From Acetobacteraceae bacterium (GTDB lineage: Bacteria > Pseudomonadota > Alphaproteobacteria > Acetobacterales > Acetobacteraceae), in the NCBI GenBank assembly GCA_035508435.1, contig DATJNA010000207.1, forward strand, positions 11,837 to 75,836: a DNA stretch of 64,000 bases. The letters are read 5' to 3'. The notes under the pieces were generated by a model. It had not been told where the DNA came from. It did no database searches and saw only the letters and a list, made by a program, of their open reading frames with translations. The position numbers were made by a program, and so were the translations under genes. Shown piece by piece: positions 30,174 through 39,913 of the stretch (positions within the stretch are counted from its first letter, which is position 1; the number at the start of each line of letters is the position of its first letter).

Positions 30174-31583
30174 ATGAGTTCGACAACGATGCCCCAGCGC
30201 GGCGGCAGCCCGCCCGGCCTGCTGAGTCGCGACCGCATCATGGCCCGCCCGGGATTCAGCCGCTGGATGGTGCCGCCGGCGGCGCTTTGCGTCCATCTCT
30301 GTATCGGCCAGGCGTACGCCTTCAGCGTGTTCAACCTGCCAATGACCAGGCTGATCGGTATTACCAAGTCGGCCCCGGATGACTGGAGGCTGACAGATCT
30401 TGGCTGGATCTTTTCGATCGCCATTGTCGTGCTCGGCCTCTCCGCCGCGGTTATGGGGCGCTGGGTGGAAGAAGGCGGACCGCGCCGCGCCATGGCCACC
30501 GCGGCATTCTGCTGGGGCGGCGGGTTCCTGGTATCCGCACTTGGCGTCAGCATTCATAATATCTGGCTGGTCTATTTCGGCTACGGCGTGCTCGGCGGAT
30601 GCGGACTTGGCATCGGCTATATTTCGCCGGTCTCGACGTTGATCAAATGGTTTCCGGACCGGCCAGGCATGGCAACCGGGATGGCGATCATGGGCTTCGG
30701 CGGCGGCGCCTTCATCGCCTCGCCACTGTCGGTCGCACTGATGCGCTACTTCTCCACGGCGACGCATGTCGGCGTGGCGGAGACCTTCGTGGTGCTGGGG
30801 ATCATTTATTTCTGCTTCATGATGGTGGGAGCAGCGATCGTGCGCCTGCCGCCACCCGGCTGGGCGCCGGTCGGCTACCGCGCCCCGGCACAACCGAAGC
30901 GGCTGATCACCACGCGCCACGTCTTCGTCTACCAGGCGTTGAAGACGCCGCAGTTCTGGCTGATCTGGTGGGTACTGTGCCTCAACGTCACCGCCGGGAT
31001 CGGCGTGCTGGGACAGGCCTCGGCGATGAGCCAGGAGATGTTTCCCGGCCGGGTCAGCGCCGTCGCTGCCGCCGGCTTTGTCGGGCTGATGAGCTTGTTC
31101 AACATGGGCGGACGGTTCTTCTGGGCGTCCGTCTCCGACTTCATCGGCCGCAAGAACACCTATTTCGTCTTCTTTACCCTGGGCTTCGTGCTGTACGCGC
31201 TGGTGCCCTATGCCGGCGGAGCCGGCAGCGTCGGATTGTTCGTGCTGTGCTTCGTCGTCATCATCAGCATGTATGGCGGCGGCTTCGCCACCGTGCCGGC
31301 CTATCTGAAAGACATGTTCGGCACCCGCTACGTCGGTGCCATCCACGGCTGGTTGCTCACCGCGTGGTCGGCGGCCGGCATCTTCGGTCCGGCGCTGGTG
31401 AACTACATCCGACAGTACAACGTCGATCACGGCGTGCCGAAGGCGCAAGCCTACAACAACACAATGTATATCATGGCCGCACTGCTGGTCGTTGGTTTCC
31501 TCTGCAACCTGTTCGTGCGGGCGGTGCACGAGCGGCACTATATGGCGGAAGACACGGCCGATGCGGTCGGCGTGGCGAATTGA
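30174..31583 (+). CDS. OFA (oxalate:formate antiporter) family MFS transporter
   Basis: A 469-aa polytopic protein. The N-terminal RWMVPPAALCVHLCIGQAYAFSVFNLPM is typical of OFA-type MFS. ATG 30174 is preceded by GGGAGA. Confidence 0.85.
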   Translation: MSSTTMPQRGGSPPGLLSRDRIMARPGFSRWMVPPAALCVHLCIGQAYAFSVFNLPMTRLIGITKSAPDDWRLTDLGWIFSIAIVVLGLSAAVMGRWVEEGGPRRAMATAAFCWGGGFLVSALGVSIHNIWLVYFGYGVLGGCGLGIGYISPVSTLIKWFPDRPGMATGMAIMGFGGGAFIASPLSVALMRYFSTATHVGVAETFVVLGIIYFCFMMVGAAIVRLPPPGWAPVGYRAPAQPKRLITTRHVFVYQALKTPQFWLIWWVLCLNVTAGIGVLGQASAMSQEMFPGRVSAVAAAGFVGLMSLFNMGGRFFWASVSDFIGRKNTYFVFFTLGFVLYALVPYAGGAGSVGLFVLCFVVIISMYGGGFATVPAYLKDMFGTRYVGAIHGWLLTAWSAAGIFGPALVNYIRQYNVDHGVPKAQAYNNTMYIMAALLVVGFLCNLFVRAVHERHYMAEDTADAVGVAN

Positions 31584-31595
31584 GGGAGGCAAGCC

Positions 31596-31724
31596 ATGAC
31601 ACAAGCGCAGGCGCAACACCGCACCACACCGCTGCATCTGATCCTGGCCTGGGGGTTCGTCGGGATCCCCCTCGCGTGGGGCGTGATCCAGACGGTTCTG
31701 AACGCGCTGAAGTTGTTCCGGTAG
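31596..31724 (+). CDS. MFS transporter small subunit-like peptide (42 aa); too short for the ORF track
   Basis: The ATG lies 13 nt after the transporter stop, preceded by GAGGGAGG. The product MTQAQAQHRTTPLHLILAWGFVGIPLAWGVIQTVLNALKLFR has one TM helix. I recall such small partners downstream of OFA transporters. Confidence 0.6.
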   Translation: MTQAQAQHRTTPLHLILAWGFVGIPLAWGVIQTVLNALKLFR

Positions 31725-31763
31725 TGCCGCGGTCAAATACCGCGACGCCCGCCCCCCTCGCAT

Positions 31764-31820
31764 AAGAGGACCGGGGCTGTTTCAGAGGACCGAGGCTTTT
31801 TCAGAGGACCGAGGCTCTTT
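31764..31820. repeat. 19-bp tandem repeat x3
   Basis: aagaggaccggggctgttt / cagaggaccgaggcttttt / cagaggaccgaggctcttt. Intergenic. Confidence 0.8.
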
Positions 31821-31904
31821 CGCCGCCCCTGGTGTCCCGCGCCCGGCCTGCCGGTTTCCCCCGGTGCCATGCCGTGCCAGCATCGCGGCACGAGGAGATG
31901 CGCC

Positions 31905-32714
31905 ATGCCCGACCGCTACGCCAGCTATCAGCGCCTACGCTTTGACCGCCCGCACCCGCGCGTGCTGCGCATTACCATGAGCAATCCCGGCCGGCTGAAC
32001 GCCGCCGACCGCGCAATGCACGGCGAGCTTGGCCAGATCTGGCGCGACATCGATGCCGACGCGTCGGTCTCCGCGGCGCTGCTGCAAGGCGAGGGCCGCG
32101 CCTTCTCCGCCGGCGGCGACTTCCGAATGATCGAACGCATCATGGCGGATTTTGACACCCGCGCCGCCGTTTGGAAGGAAGCGCGCGACCTCGTCTACAA
32201 CATCATCAATTGCTCGAAGCCGGTGGTCAGCGCCATGCGTGGCCCTGCGGTCGGCGCCGGACTGGTCTGCGGATTGCTGGCCGACATCTCCATCGCCAGC
32301 AAGGACGCGCGGCTGATCGACGGCCATACCCGCCTCGGCGTCGCCGCCGGCGACCATGCGGCGATCGTCTGGCCCTTGCTCTGCGGCCTGGCGAAGGCGA
32401 AATATTACCTGTTGCTGTGCGATCCCCTCAGCGGTGAGGAGGCCGAACGCATCGGCCTGATCTCGCTCGCGGTGGCAGATGCAGACCTCGATGCCAGGTC
32501 ACTGGAGATCGCGACGCGCCTGGCGGAAGGCGCGCCAAACGCCATCCGCTGGACCAAATACGCGCTGAACAACTGGCTGCGCGCCGCGGGACCGACCTTC
32601 GATACCTCGCTGGCATTGGAGTTCATGGGGTTCAGTTCGCCCGACGTGCAGGAAGGGCTTGCCGCCCACCAGGAGAAACGCCGTCCGGTATTCCGGCCGG
32701 ACTCGCCGCTATAA
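31905..32714 (+). CDS. enoyl-CoA hydratase/isomerase family protein
   Basis: Crotonase motifs [12 protein letters not shown] and [24 protein letters not shown] 31905 is preceded by GAGGAG. Confidence 0.9.
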   Translation: MPDRYASYQRLRFDRPHPRVLRITMSNPGRLNAADRAMHGELGQIWRDIDADASVSAALLQGEGRAFSAGGDFRMIERIMADFDTRAAVWKEARDLVYNIINCSKPVVSAMRGPAVGAGLVCGLLADISIASKDARLIDGHTRLGVAAGDHAAIVWPLLCGLAKAKYYLLLCDPLSGEEAERIGLISLAVADADLDARSLEIATRLAEGAPNAIRWTKYALNNWLRAAGPTFDTSLALEFMGFSSPDVQEGLAAHQEKRRPVFRPDSPL

Positions 32715-32849
32715 TGCGCCGCGCCGCACGATAGATCGGTTTCCCTATCCGGTTAGCGCAGGCGGACCCGGCCGCGGTCGGCGCACCATGGTCAGGGGCT
32801 GGCAGCCTGCGCTAACCGGATAGAGACATAGATCGGAGACAGCGCAGCC

Positions 32850-33596
32850 ATGGACATGGAAGGCCGCTCGGTCATCGTGACTGGTGGTGCCTCGGGGATT
32901 GGGCGCGCCACCACCTTGTTGCTTTCCAGGAACGGCGCCCGCGTGTTGATTGGCGACGTCGATGCGATCCGCGGCCGACAGGTCGCGGAAGACGCATCGC
33001 GCGACGGTCTTGCGGTGGAATACCTGGCGCTGGACCTCGCGGACCCCGCCTCGATCGCTGTTTTCGCCGCCGCCGTGCATGCGCGCGTGCCGCGCGTGGA
33101 CGTGCTGGTGAACGCGGCCGGCTGGGACCAGCCGGGGCCGTTCATGGACAGTCCGCCGGAGATCTGGGAGCGGCTGATCGCGGTCAACCTGACCGGCGCC
33201 ATCAGGCTCACCCGCGCCGTGCTGCCCGCGATGATCGCAGCGGAGCAAGGCAAGATCGTCATCATCGCCTCCGACGCCGGGCGCGTCGGCAGCGCGGGCG
33301 AGACGGTCTATGCCTCGGCGAAAGGCGGGCTGATCGCGTTCACCAAGTCCTGCGCGCGCGAAATGGCGCGCTACCGCATCAATGTGAACTGCGTCTGCCC
33401 TGGGCCGACGGACACCCCCTTGTTTCGCTCGTTGGCGGAGAAACTGCAGGACGCGCTGACGCGTGCCATCCCGTTCCGCCGCGTCGCCACGCCGGAGGAA
33501 ATCGCCGAGGCGGTGATGTTCTTCGCCGGCCCGCGTTCCGACTACATCACCGGCCAGGTGCTGAGCGTGAACGGCGGCCTGACCATGGTGGGATGA
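32850..33596 (+). CDS. SDR family oxidoreductase (3-oxoacyl-ACP reductase-like)
   Basis: VIVTGGASGIGRA, NAAG, YASAKGGL, and the C-terminal GQVLSVNGGLTM. Confidence 0.9.
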   Translation: MDMEGRSVIVTGGASGIGRATTLLLSRNGARVLIGDVDAIRGRQVAEDASRDGLAVEYLALDLADPASIAVFAAAVHARVPRVDVLVNAAGWDQPGPFMDSPPEIWERLIAVNLTGAIRLTRAVLPAMIAAEQGKIVIIASDAGRVGSAGETVYASAKGGLIAFTKSCAREMARYRINVNCVCPGPTDTPLFRSLAEKLQDALTRAIPFRRVATPEEIAEAVMFFAGPRSDYITGQVLSVNGGLTMVG

Positions 33597-33679
33597 GACC
33601 ACCGCACAGAGGATCCGCCGGCCAGCGGCGGCGCATATCTGCCGAGGCCATCACCGCACGCGCTACGCCAGGGCGCGCG

Positions 33680-34849
33680 CTACGCCGGGCCGGCGGCACG
33701 TGACCGCGCGCGAATCTCGGATGAGGATGTGTCGAGGCGGAAGCGATGCTCGGGTATTTCGGTGAACAGATCCGCGTACCGCCATGGCATGGGGATGTCG
33801 TTCAGGGTGCGCAGGCGCCCCGCCGCGTCGACGCGAGCGGCCACCAGAAAGCTGGACCCGGCGTTGCCGATTTCCTCCAGCGCGACCTGCATCCGAGCTT
33901 CGTCATCGCCATAATATCGCGCCGCAATCAGCCGCTCCGCGGTGTCCGCGCCGATCACGAACGTCGTCCCAGGGAACAGGCGGGACTTTTCCAGGAAAGT
34001 CGGCGCTCTCGTCAGTTCGACCGTCGACCGCCAGGCAAATTGCATGAGCCGGTCTCTCACCGTCTCGGCCGCCAGCGGCGGCTTGTCGACGTTGGCGACG
34101 GAAATTTCGAACGCCACCGCCTGTTGGGTGACCTCGGTGGCGACCTGCGCCAGCGAGATGTGTCCCTCATGCATCGGATTGAACGAACCGGGGAACAGTA
34201 CCGGCGGACGCGGCGCGGACAGCATCATCTGGCCATCCGGCTGAACGGTGATGCGCGCGAGTTCGCCTGCCACAAGCCGATCGACGGGATCGACCGTCGC
34301 AACGACTGCCTCCGCGAAATGCTCATCCACATCGAGCAAGCTGCGCGGCGACGGGGCGGCAACCCCGCACGCCTTGGCCAGCCATAACACGATGGAACGC
34401 GACACAAGATCTTCTTCGCCGGCGCGATCGCGCCGTCCCTTGGCGAGCATGCAAGTGCAATGCGCGACGGTAGCGGAATTGGCGAATGCGATGTGAAATC
34501 GATGCTCGCCTCGGCGCGGGCGATCGCTCACCAGTGCCGCCGTCGCGCCAAGACCGACATGATCGCTGCCGGCCGGCGCCAACCTGGCCGCGCGCGCCCG
34601 TGCAATCCGTGCCATCGCGATCGCGGTGTCGGTATTGCTCGCCTGTGCCGGCGCGAAGCCGATATAAGTCGCCAGCGCTTGCTCATCATAGGGAACCTGC
34701 GCCTCGACCAGCAGTCGGGAGCCGCCGGGAACACGCAGCAATTCACCGATCGCGCCGCTGCCGCCCCCGGTGATCGCGAGCGCGGCCTTGCGGCCGGAGG
34801 CGTGCAATGCGGAGATCAATGGTCGCCATGCAGCGTCGGATGGGCTCAT
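33680..34849 (-). CDS. two-domain protein: CinA-C/PncC-like N-terminal domain fused to an HxGH cytidylyltransferase-like (NMN/NaMN adenylyltransferase-like) domain
   Basis: The N-terminal ALAITGGGSGAIGELLRVPGGSRLLVEAQVPY resembles the CinA-type fold signature. The C-terminal FPGSFNPMHEGH is the nucleotidyltransferase (H/T)xGH motif. The assignment is tentative. Confidence 0.65.
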   Translation of the reverse strand: MSPSDAAWRPLISALHASGRKAALAITGGGSGAIGELLRVPGGSRLLVEAQVPYDEQALATYIGFAPAQASNTDTAIAMARIARARAARLAPAGSDHVGLGATAALVSDRPRRGEHRFHIAFANSATVAHCTCMLAKGRRDRAGEEDLVSRSIVLWLAKACGVAAPSPRSLLDVDEHFAEAVVATVDPVDRLVAGELARITVQPDGQMMLSAPRPPVLFPGSFNPMHEGHISLAQVATEVTQQAVAFEISVANVDKPPLAAETVRDRLMQFAWRSTVELTRAPTFLEKSRLFPGTTFVIGADTAERLIAARYYGDDEARMQVALEEIGNAGSSFLVAARVDAAGRLRTLNDIPMPWRYADLFTEIPEHRFRLDTSSSEIRARSRAAGPA

Positions 34850-34910
34850 GGTGCGTCTTCGTTCCAAGGCTGAAAATCAGATCGTGAATGGTGAAAGCCG
34901 CTTCCGACAG

Positions 34911-34955
34911 AGTCAAGTGAGTGCGAGTCAAGTGAGTGCGAGTCAAGTGAGTGCG
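34911..34955. repeat. 15-bp perfect tandem repeat x3
   Basis: agtcaagtgagtgcg occurs three times without mismatch, 62 nt upstream of the 33680..34849 gene start. Confidence 0.9.
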
Positions 34956-35094
34956 CGGGCGAACCGGCAACGCTGGCGGATGCGAATGACCTCACGCCCT
35001 GTCGGTGTGGCGAGCCCGATCTTCGGTGCTGCAGAAGTTGTACGAATGGCGATCGGATTTTCATAACCACGTTGGAAACTATGCTCGGACGGTT

Positions 35095-35143
35095 GGGGCC
35101 TTGCTGCGTCCCGCCACGCTTCGCTCGCGGTCCTGGCAATGCC
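35095..35143. repeat. REP-like element, single arm
   Basis: The reverse complement ggcattgccaggaccgcgagcgaagcgtggcgggacgcagcaaggcccc aligns with the arm at 59316 (cattgcgaggaccgcgagcggagcgtggcgggaccaagcaa). Confidence 0.65.
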
Positions 35144-35157
35144 GGGGGGCGGGTTGA

Positions 35158-36633
35158 TCAGCGGGTCTGGCGGACCGCCGCCGGCGCAGGCAACACCGCG
35201 GCCGACAGCGATGGCAGGGCACCGGCCACGCGCCACAGGCCGAAACGCTGCACCAACGCACCGTCGCTGGTGCGTGCCGCCACCCCGATCGACCGAGCTT
35301 CCCGCCAGCCGGTCGGCGATACGTCACTCGGGCGCCCGACCATGATGCAAGGTCTCGTATCCAACGCGGGAGATTCCAGCGAGAACAGGTGCCAGCGCGG
35401 CCCAACACCCAACACCATCACATCGGGCGGCAACGCGCGAGCCAACTCGGAGGCGACGCCATACTCATCCGAGGCGACGCAGTGGGCGCCCTGTTGGCGG
35501 CGCACCGCGTCGACGGCGCCGGCGAGTCCTTGCCAGCCCGCGAGCTGCCGCGCGAGCGGATCGGCGCGGGCCGGCAGCGGCAAAGCGAACGTCGCCGCCT
35601 GGATGTAGACCAGCAGCGTCATCGCCGCGCCCAGCCCGACGGCGGGCCAGCGCAGGCGGCACCAGCGGCGCCCCGGCAATCCTGCCGCGGCAATCGCAGC
35701 CGCAGGGTAAAGGATGGCCGGCCAGTTCCCCTGCACCCGATCCCCGAGCGCGTGCTGAAGGAAGACCACGGCGCCGGGCAGCGTCAGCGTGCACAGCAGG
35801 CTGGCCGCAGGATCCCGGTCACGCCAGGCGCGCCGGGTCGCCCAGGCGAGGCCGGCGACGAACAACGGGAACAATAAAGGCGTGGCCAGGCCGAGCTGGC
35901 CGCCGATCAGTTCGGCGATGAACTGCACCGCGCGCGACGGGTGCCAGGAGTCCACCCGGCCGCCCTGGCGCAGGAAGCTTACCCAATCGTGCTGCGCGTT
36001 CCAGGCTACCACCGGCAGGAACACCAGAGCCCCCAGACTCGCTCCTGCCCATGGCATCGGCGATCGCCACCAGCGGCGCAGCGACGGCACCCACAGCAGC
36101 CACAGCGCGATGCCGGGCCACAACAACAGCGCGGTGTATTTGCTGGCCAGCGCCAGGCCGGCAAACAGACCGATTGCCAGCCACCAGGCCGGACGGCCGC
36201 CGTCCAGCAGCCGGACCAGCGCCCACAGGCACGCGGTCCAGAACAACAACAGTGGCGTGTCTGGCGTCATGATGACCGCGCCGACGCCGCACAAGAGTGT
36301 GGCGTTCAGGAAGGCCGCAGCGGCCGCGCCTGCCTGGCGATCGGGCCAGATCCGGTTGGCGGCGTCGTGCAGCAACAGCGTGCCGAACAATCCCGACAGC
36401 GGTCCCAGCAGGCGCACGCCCAAGGCACTCGGACCCGCGATGGCCGTGCCGGCCCAGACCCACAGCGCGACCATTGGCGGATGGTCCAGATAACCGGGGG
36501 CGAGCGCGCGCGAGAACACCCAATAGTACGTTTCGTCGGGTGCCAGCGGCACGACGGCGGCCGCGACCAGGCGGAGCGCGGTCAGCGCGATGAGACACCC
36601 TACCAACGCGGCGCCGCGGCGGCGCACGGTCAT
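35158..36633 (-). CDS. glycosyltransferase family 39 (ArnT/PMT-like) membrane protein
   Basis: A polytopic protein with the N-terminal loop motif LAPDETYYW...YLDHPPM typical of GT39/ArnT-like enzymes. The start is trimmed to ATG 36633. Confidence 0.85.
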   Translation of the reverse strand: MTVRRRGAALVGCLIALTALRLVAAAVVPLAPDETYYWVFSRALAPGYLDHPPMVALWVWAGTAIAGPSALGVRLLGPLSGLFGTLLLHDAANRIWPDRQAGAAAAAFLNATLLCGVGAVIMTPDTPLLLFWTACLWALVRLLDGGRPAWWLAIGLFAGLALASKYTALLLWPGIALWLLWVPSLRRWWRSPMPWAGASLGALVFLPVVAWNAQHDWVSFLRQGGRVDSWHPSRAVQFIAELIGGQLGLATPLLFPLFVAGLAWATRRAWRDRDPAASLLCTLTLPGAVVFLQHALGDRVQGNWPAILYPAAAIAAAGLPGRRWCRLRWPAVGLGAAMTLLVYIQAATFALPLPARADPLARQLAGWQGLAGAVDAVRRQQGAHCVASDEYGVASELARALPPDVMVLGVGPRWHLFSLESPALDTRPCIMVGRPSDVSPTGWREARSIGVAARTSDGALVQRFGLWRVAGALPSLSAAVLPAPAAVRQTR

Positions 36634-36833
36634 CCGCGGGATGGCTCGCTTCCCGGTATTGGTGTCATGTCCTGATCCGGTTGGCGCAGGTGGGCACCAG
36701 CGAGGTGGCGGTGTCGGGCACGTCGTGTTTTCGGCCAGACGCGGCCCCCGCGCCAGCCGGATCTCGTGCGCCAACCGGACGGCGACGCGCCTTCATGGGC
36801 GCGGCTTCGCCGTTATGGCGGCGGGTTTCGCGG

Positions 36834-38411
36834 TCATCGCGGCAGGTTCGCGGCGGGGACCGCCAGAGGCTCGCGGAATTGGGTGCGGACGCCCAGCATC
36901 ATGGCGCCCACCACCGGGCGGGAGATCTGGAAGCCTTGCGCGTAGTCGCAACCGAGGTTCGCCAGGGCGTCCAGCGACGCCTCGTCTTCCACCCCCTCGG
37001 CGGTGACCGCGAAGCCCAGACCGTGGCCGAGCTCGATCACCGACCGAACGATCTTGCGGTCTTCGGCATCGTTCGCGAGATGCAGGACAAATGACTTGTC
37101 GATCTTCAGCTCGCGCACCGGCATGCGGCGCAGATAGGTCAATGAGGTCTGGCCGATGCCGAAATCGTCGACGGCGATCCAGAACCCCTGCGCCGCGAGC
37201 CCGCGCAGCACCGCCATGGCGGCGTCCGGATCGGCCATGACGGCGCTTTCGGTCACTTCCAGGGAAATTGCGCGGCTGTCGAGATCATGCTCCGCGAGCA
37301 AGCGGGTGACTTCCGCCGGCAGTCGGGCGTCGGTGAGGTCGCGGACGGAGAGGTTGATGGCGATCCGCAGGCACAGCCCGGCGTCACGCCAGCGCGCCGC
37401 CTGTGCCACCCCCGCGCGGAGCGCCCAGCGGGTGAGGTGGCGGATATTGCCGGTTTCCTCGGCAAGACCGATGAATCCGTCGGGCGGGACCAAGCCGCGG
37501 CGCGGGTGATGCCATCGCACCAGCGCCTCGGCCCCGGTGATGGCGCCGGTGGGGATGTGCAGCTTGGGCTGGAACAGCAGGCTGAACTCGTTGGCGAGCA
37601 AACCGCGGCGCAGGTCGCTCATCAGCGACAGCCGTTCCGGCCGGTACGGGTCGGCGGCGGGATCGTAGATCGCCCAGTGGCTTTCGCTGTGCAGCGCCGC
37701 GGTCAGCGCCACCTGTGCGCGGTGCAGCAGCTCCGCGCCGTCCGTACCGTTCAGCGGCTTCAGTGCGATACCCACCGCGACACCGGTATCAATGGTCATC
37801 TCACCATCGCTATACGGTTCGTCGCACAGCTCGATGACGGCGCTGGCGACCGAGCGGGCCCTCGGCTCGCCCGCGTCACGCAGGAACGTAGCAAAGCTGC
37901 GATTGTCGAGGCAGGCAACCGGCGCCTCCCGCAGCAGTCCGCCAAGCCGCTGCGATACGTCGCGGAGCACGCAGTCGGCGACGTCGCGCCCGACGGTATT
38001 GGCGACCTCGTTGGCGCGCACCAGCCCCACCACCAGGATGGCGCCACGCTGGCCGTCCTGCCATGGCGCGATCGTGTCCAGGAAGCTGGCGCGGTTCGGC
38101 CGGTTGGTGATCGGTTCGCGCGTCGCCAGTCGCTGGATGCGTTGCTCACGTTCCGCCAACGCCTCGGTCATGTCCGACAGGGCGAGGCTGAGCTTGCCGA
38201 TCTCGTCGTCACGCGGGAGCGGCGGGGCAGGGCTGTAGTCGCCGACACCGACGCGCCGTACCTGTGCCACCATCTCGCCGAGCAAGCGTGCGATACGCCG
38301 GCGAACCACGGCAGCCGTCGCAATGACCGCAAGGACGACGATGCAAACCGCCACCGCGGCAAGTGCGACCTGCTGCAGATCGGCGAGGCCAACCTGGTGG
38401 AGCCGGGTCAT
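36834..38411 (-). CDS. membrane-anchored HAMP / degenerate GGDEF / EAL phosphodiesterase
   Basis: EAL motifs are intact (EALVRW, DDFGIGQTSL, KIDKSFV, AEGVEDE). The GGDEF position reads LDNRSF and the upstream DxD region reads GLVRAN, so the cyclase domain looks inactive. Confidence 0.9.
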   Translation of the reverse strand: MTRLHQVGLADLQQVALAAVAVCIVVLAVIATAAVVRRRIARLLGEMVAQVRRVGVGDYSPAPPLPRDDEIGKLSLALSDMTEALAEREQRIQRLATREPITNRPNRASFLDTIAPWQDGQRGAILVVGLVRANEVANTVGRDVADCVLRDVSQRLGGLLREAPVACLDNRSFATFLRDAGEPRARSVASAVIELCDEPYSDGEMTIDTGVAVGIALKPLNGTDGAELLHRAQVALTAALHSESHWAIYDPAADPYRPERLSLMSDLRRGLLANEFSLLFQPKLHIPTGAITGAEALVRWHHPRRGLVPPDGFIGLAEETGNIRHLTRWALRAGVAQAARWRDAGLCLRIAINLSVRDLTDARLPAEVTRLLAEHDLDSRAISLEVTESAVMADPDAAMAVLRGLAAQGFWIAVDDFGIGQTSLTYLRRMPVRELKIDKSFVLHLANDAEDRKIVRSVIELGHGLGFAVTAEGVEDEASLDALANLGCDYAQGFQISRPVVGAMMLGVRTQFREPLAVPAANLPR

Positions 38412-38992
38412 GGCGGTGCCATCGAACGCGGCACCGCGGCCCGTCGTTGCGGTTCACCATCGGATATCCTACCGAACTCAAGCGGCACGGTCGATCCGAA
38501 TGATTGCGGTATTCATGTCAGCGTAGCCTCGTCGCGACATGGCGCAGCGAACTCCCCGATCGATTGCAACATGGCGGTTTGTTCCAATACCGCCAATTTG
38601 TCTCAATATACGACACGGCCTTCGCTAAAGTGTGCCGCTTGCTTGCTGATATTGCATGAAAGCAGGCACCAGACAATGGGGAATGGGGCGGCGATCGCGC
38701 CGCAATTTTGAGACAGATGGCACAAACATAGCCGCGCCATCTGGGTTGTCTGTATCACCTGGATGGTGGCGGTCGGCGGTTTGTGGCCGTCCCAACGCCT
38801 TGTCGTTTGGCAGGGCGGAGCAACGGAGCAATGCCGCCCGGGCAGACGGCATCGCCATCGCCTTGCTTTACGGCATGGCGGCCGTCAGGCGATTCAAATC
38901 CTCGTAACAACGCGCGGGGGAACCCGGCCCGCGCCCCGTTGCATGCGGGGCTGCGGGAGCCGCGCGACGGGGAACTGCCTGGCTCCGACCGA

Positions 38993-39778
38993 TCAGGTCT
39001 TGCCCAGCCGGAAATCGGGCTTCCGCTTGTCCACGAACGCGGCCATCCCTTCCTGCTGGTCCGGGGTACCGAACAGGGGCATGAACAAGGCCCGCTCATG
39101 GCGGACGCCCTCGGCCAGGGTGGTCTCGAAGGCGCGGTTCACCGCCTGCTTCGCCAGCGCCAGCGCGACAGGCGACATGTTGGCGATGCGGTCGGCGATC
39201 TTCAGCGCTTCCGCCATGAGCTGGTCGGCGGGAAACACGCGGGACACCAGGCTGCAACGTTCCGCCTCGGCGGCATCCATCATCCGCGCGGTCAGGATCA
39301 TGTCCATCGCCTTGGACTTGCCCACCGCGCGTGTCAGCCGCTGGGTGCCACCGGCGCCGGGGAAGATGCCGAGGTTGATTTCGGGCTGGCCGAACTTCGC
39401 GGTGTCGGCGGCGAGAATGATATCGCACATCATCGCCAGTTCGCAGCCGCCGCCGAGGGCAAAGCCTGCCACCGCGGCGATCACCGGCTTCTTCACCTGC
39501 AGCACGGTCTCCCAGCGGGTGCCGATGAAGTCCTCCATGATCGCCTCGGGATGGGTGCGCGAGCGCATTTCCTTGATGTCGGCGCCGGCGGCGAAGGCCT
39601 TCTCGCTGCCGGTCAACACGATGGCGCCGATGCCCGGATCGGCATCCCAGGCCAGCAATTGTTCGCCGAGTTCGGCCATCAGCGCGTCGCATAGCGCGTT
39701 GAGCGCCTGCGGGCGGTTGAGGCGGATCACCCCGACGCGGCCATGTGTTTCGACCAGGATGTTCTGATAGTCGGGCAT
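38993..39778 (-). CDS. enoyl-CoA hydratase (short-chain, crotonase-type)
   Basis: [59 protein letters not shown] and the C-terminal FVDKRKPDF. Confidence 0.93.
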   Translation of the reverse strand: MPDYQNILVETHGRVGVIRLNRPQALNALCDALMAELGEQLLAWDADPGIGAIVLTGSEKAFAAGADIKEMRSRTHPEAIMEDFIGTRWETVLQVKKPVIAAVAGFALGGGCELAMMCDIILAADTAKFGQPEINLGIFPGAGGTQRLTRAVGKSKAMDMILTARMMDAAEAERCSLVSRVFPADQLMAEALKIADRIANMSPVALALAKQAVNRAFETTLAEGVRHERALFMPLFGTPDQQEGMAAFVDKRKPDFRLGKT

Positions 39779-39913
39779 CAGCGTCCCTCCGGCTGGCATG
39801 CAGCGCCATTATGCGGCAGCACCCGGCACGCGGCTACGGCGCGGTTGGTACGAGGAGAGTTGCGCTCGCCGCACCCTGGCCCCTGCCCCCGACATCTGCT
39901 TCAACCTGCCGCC

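Noticed and set aside
38886-38905. tRNA-like T-arm sequence (caggcgattcaaatcctcgt)
   Set aside because: The flanks of the TTCAAAT loop do not pair as a T-stem, and no acceptor, D or anticodon arms can be built around it.
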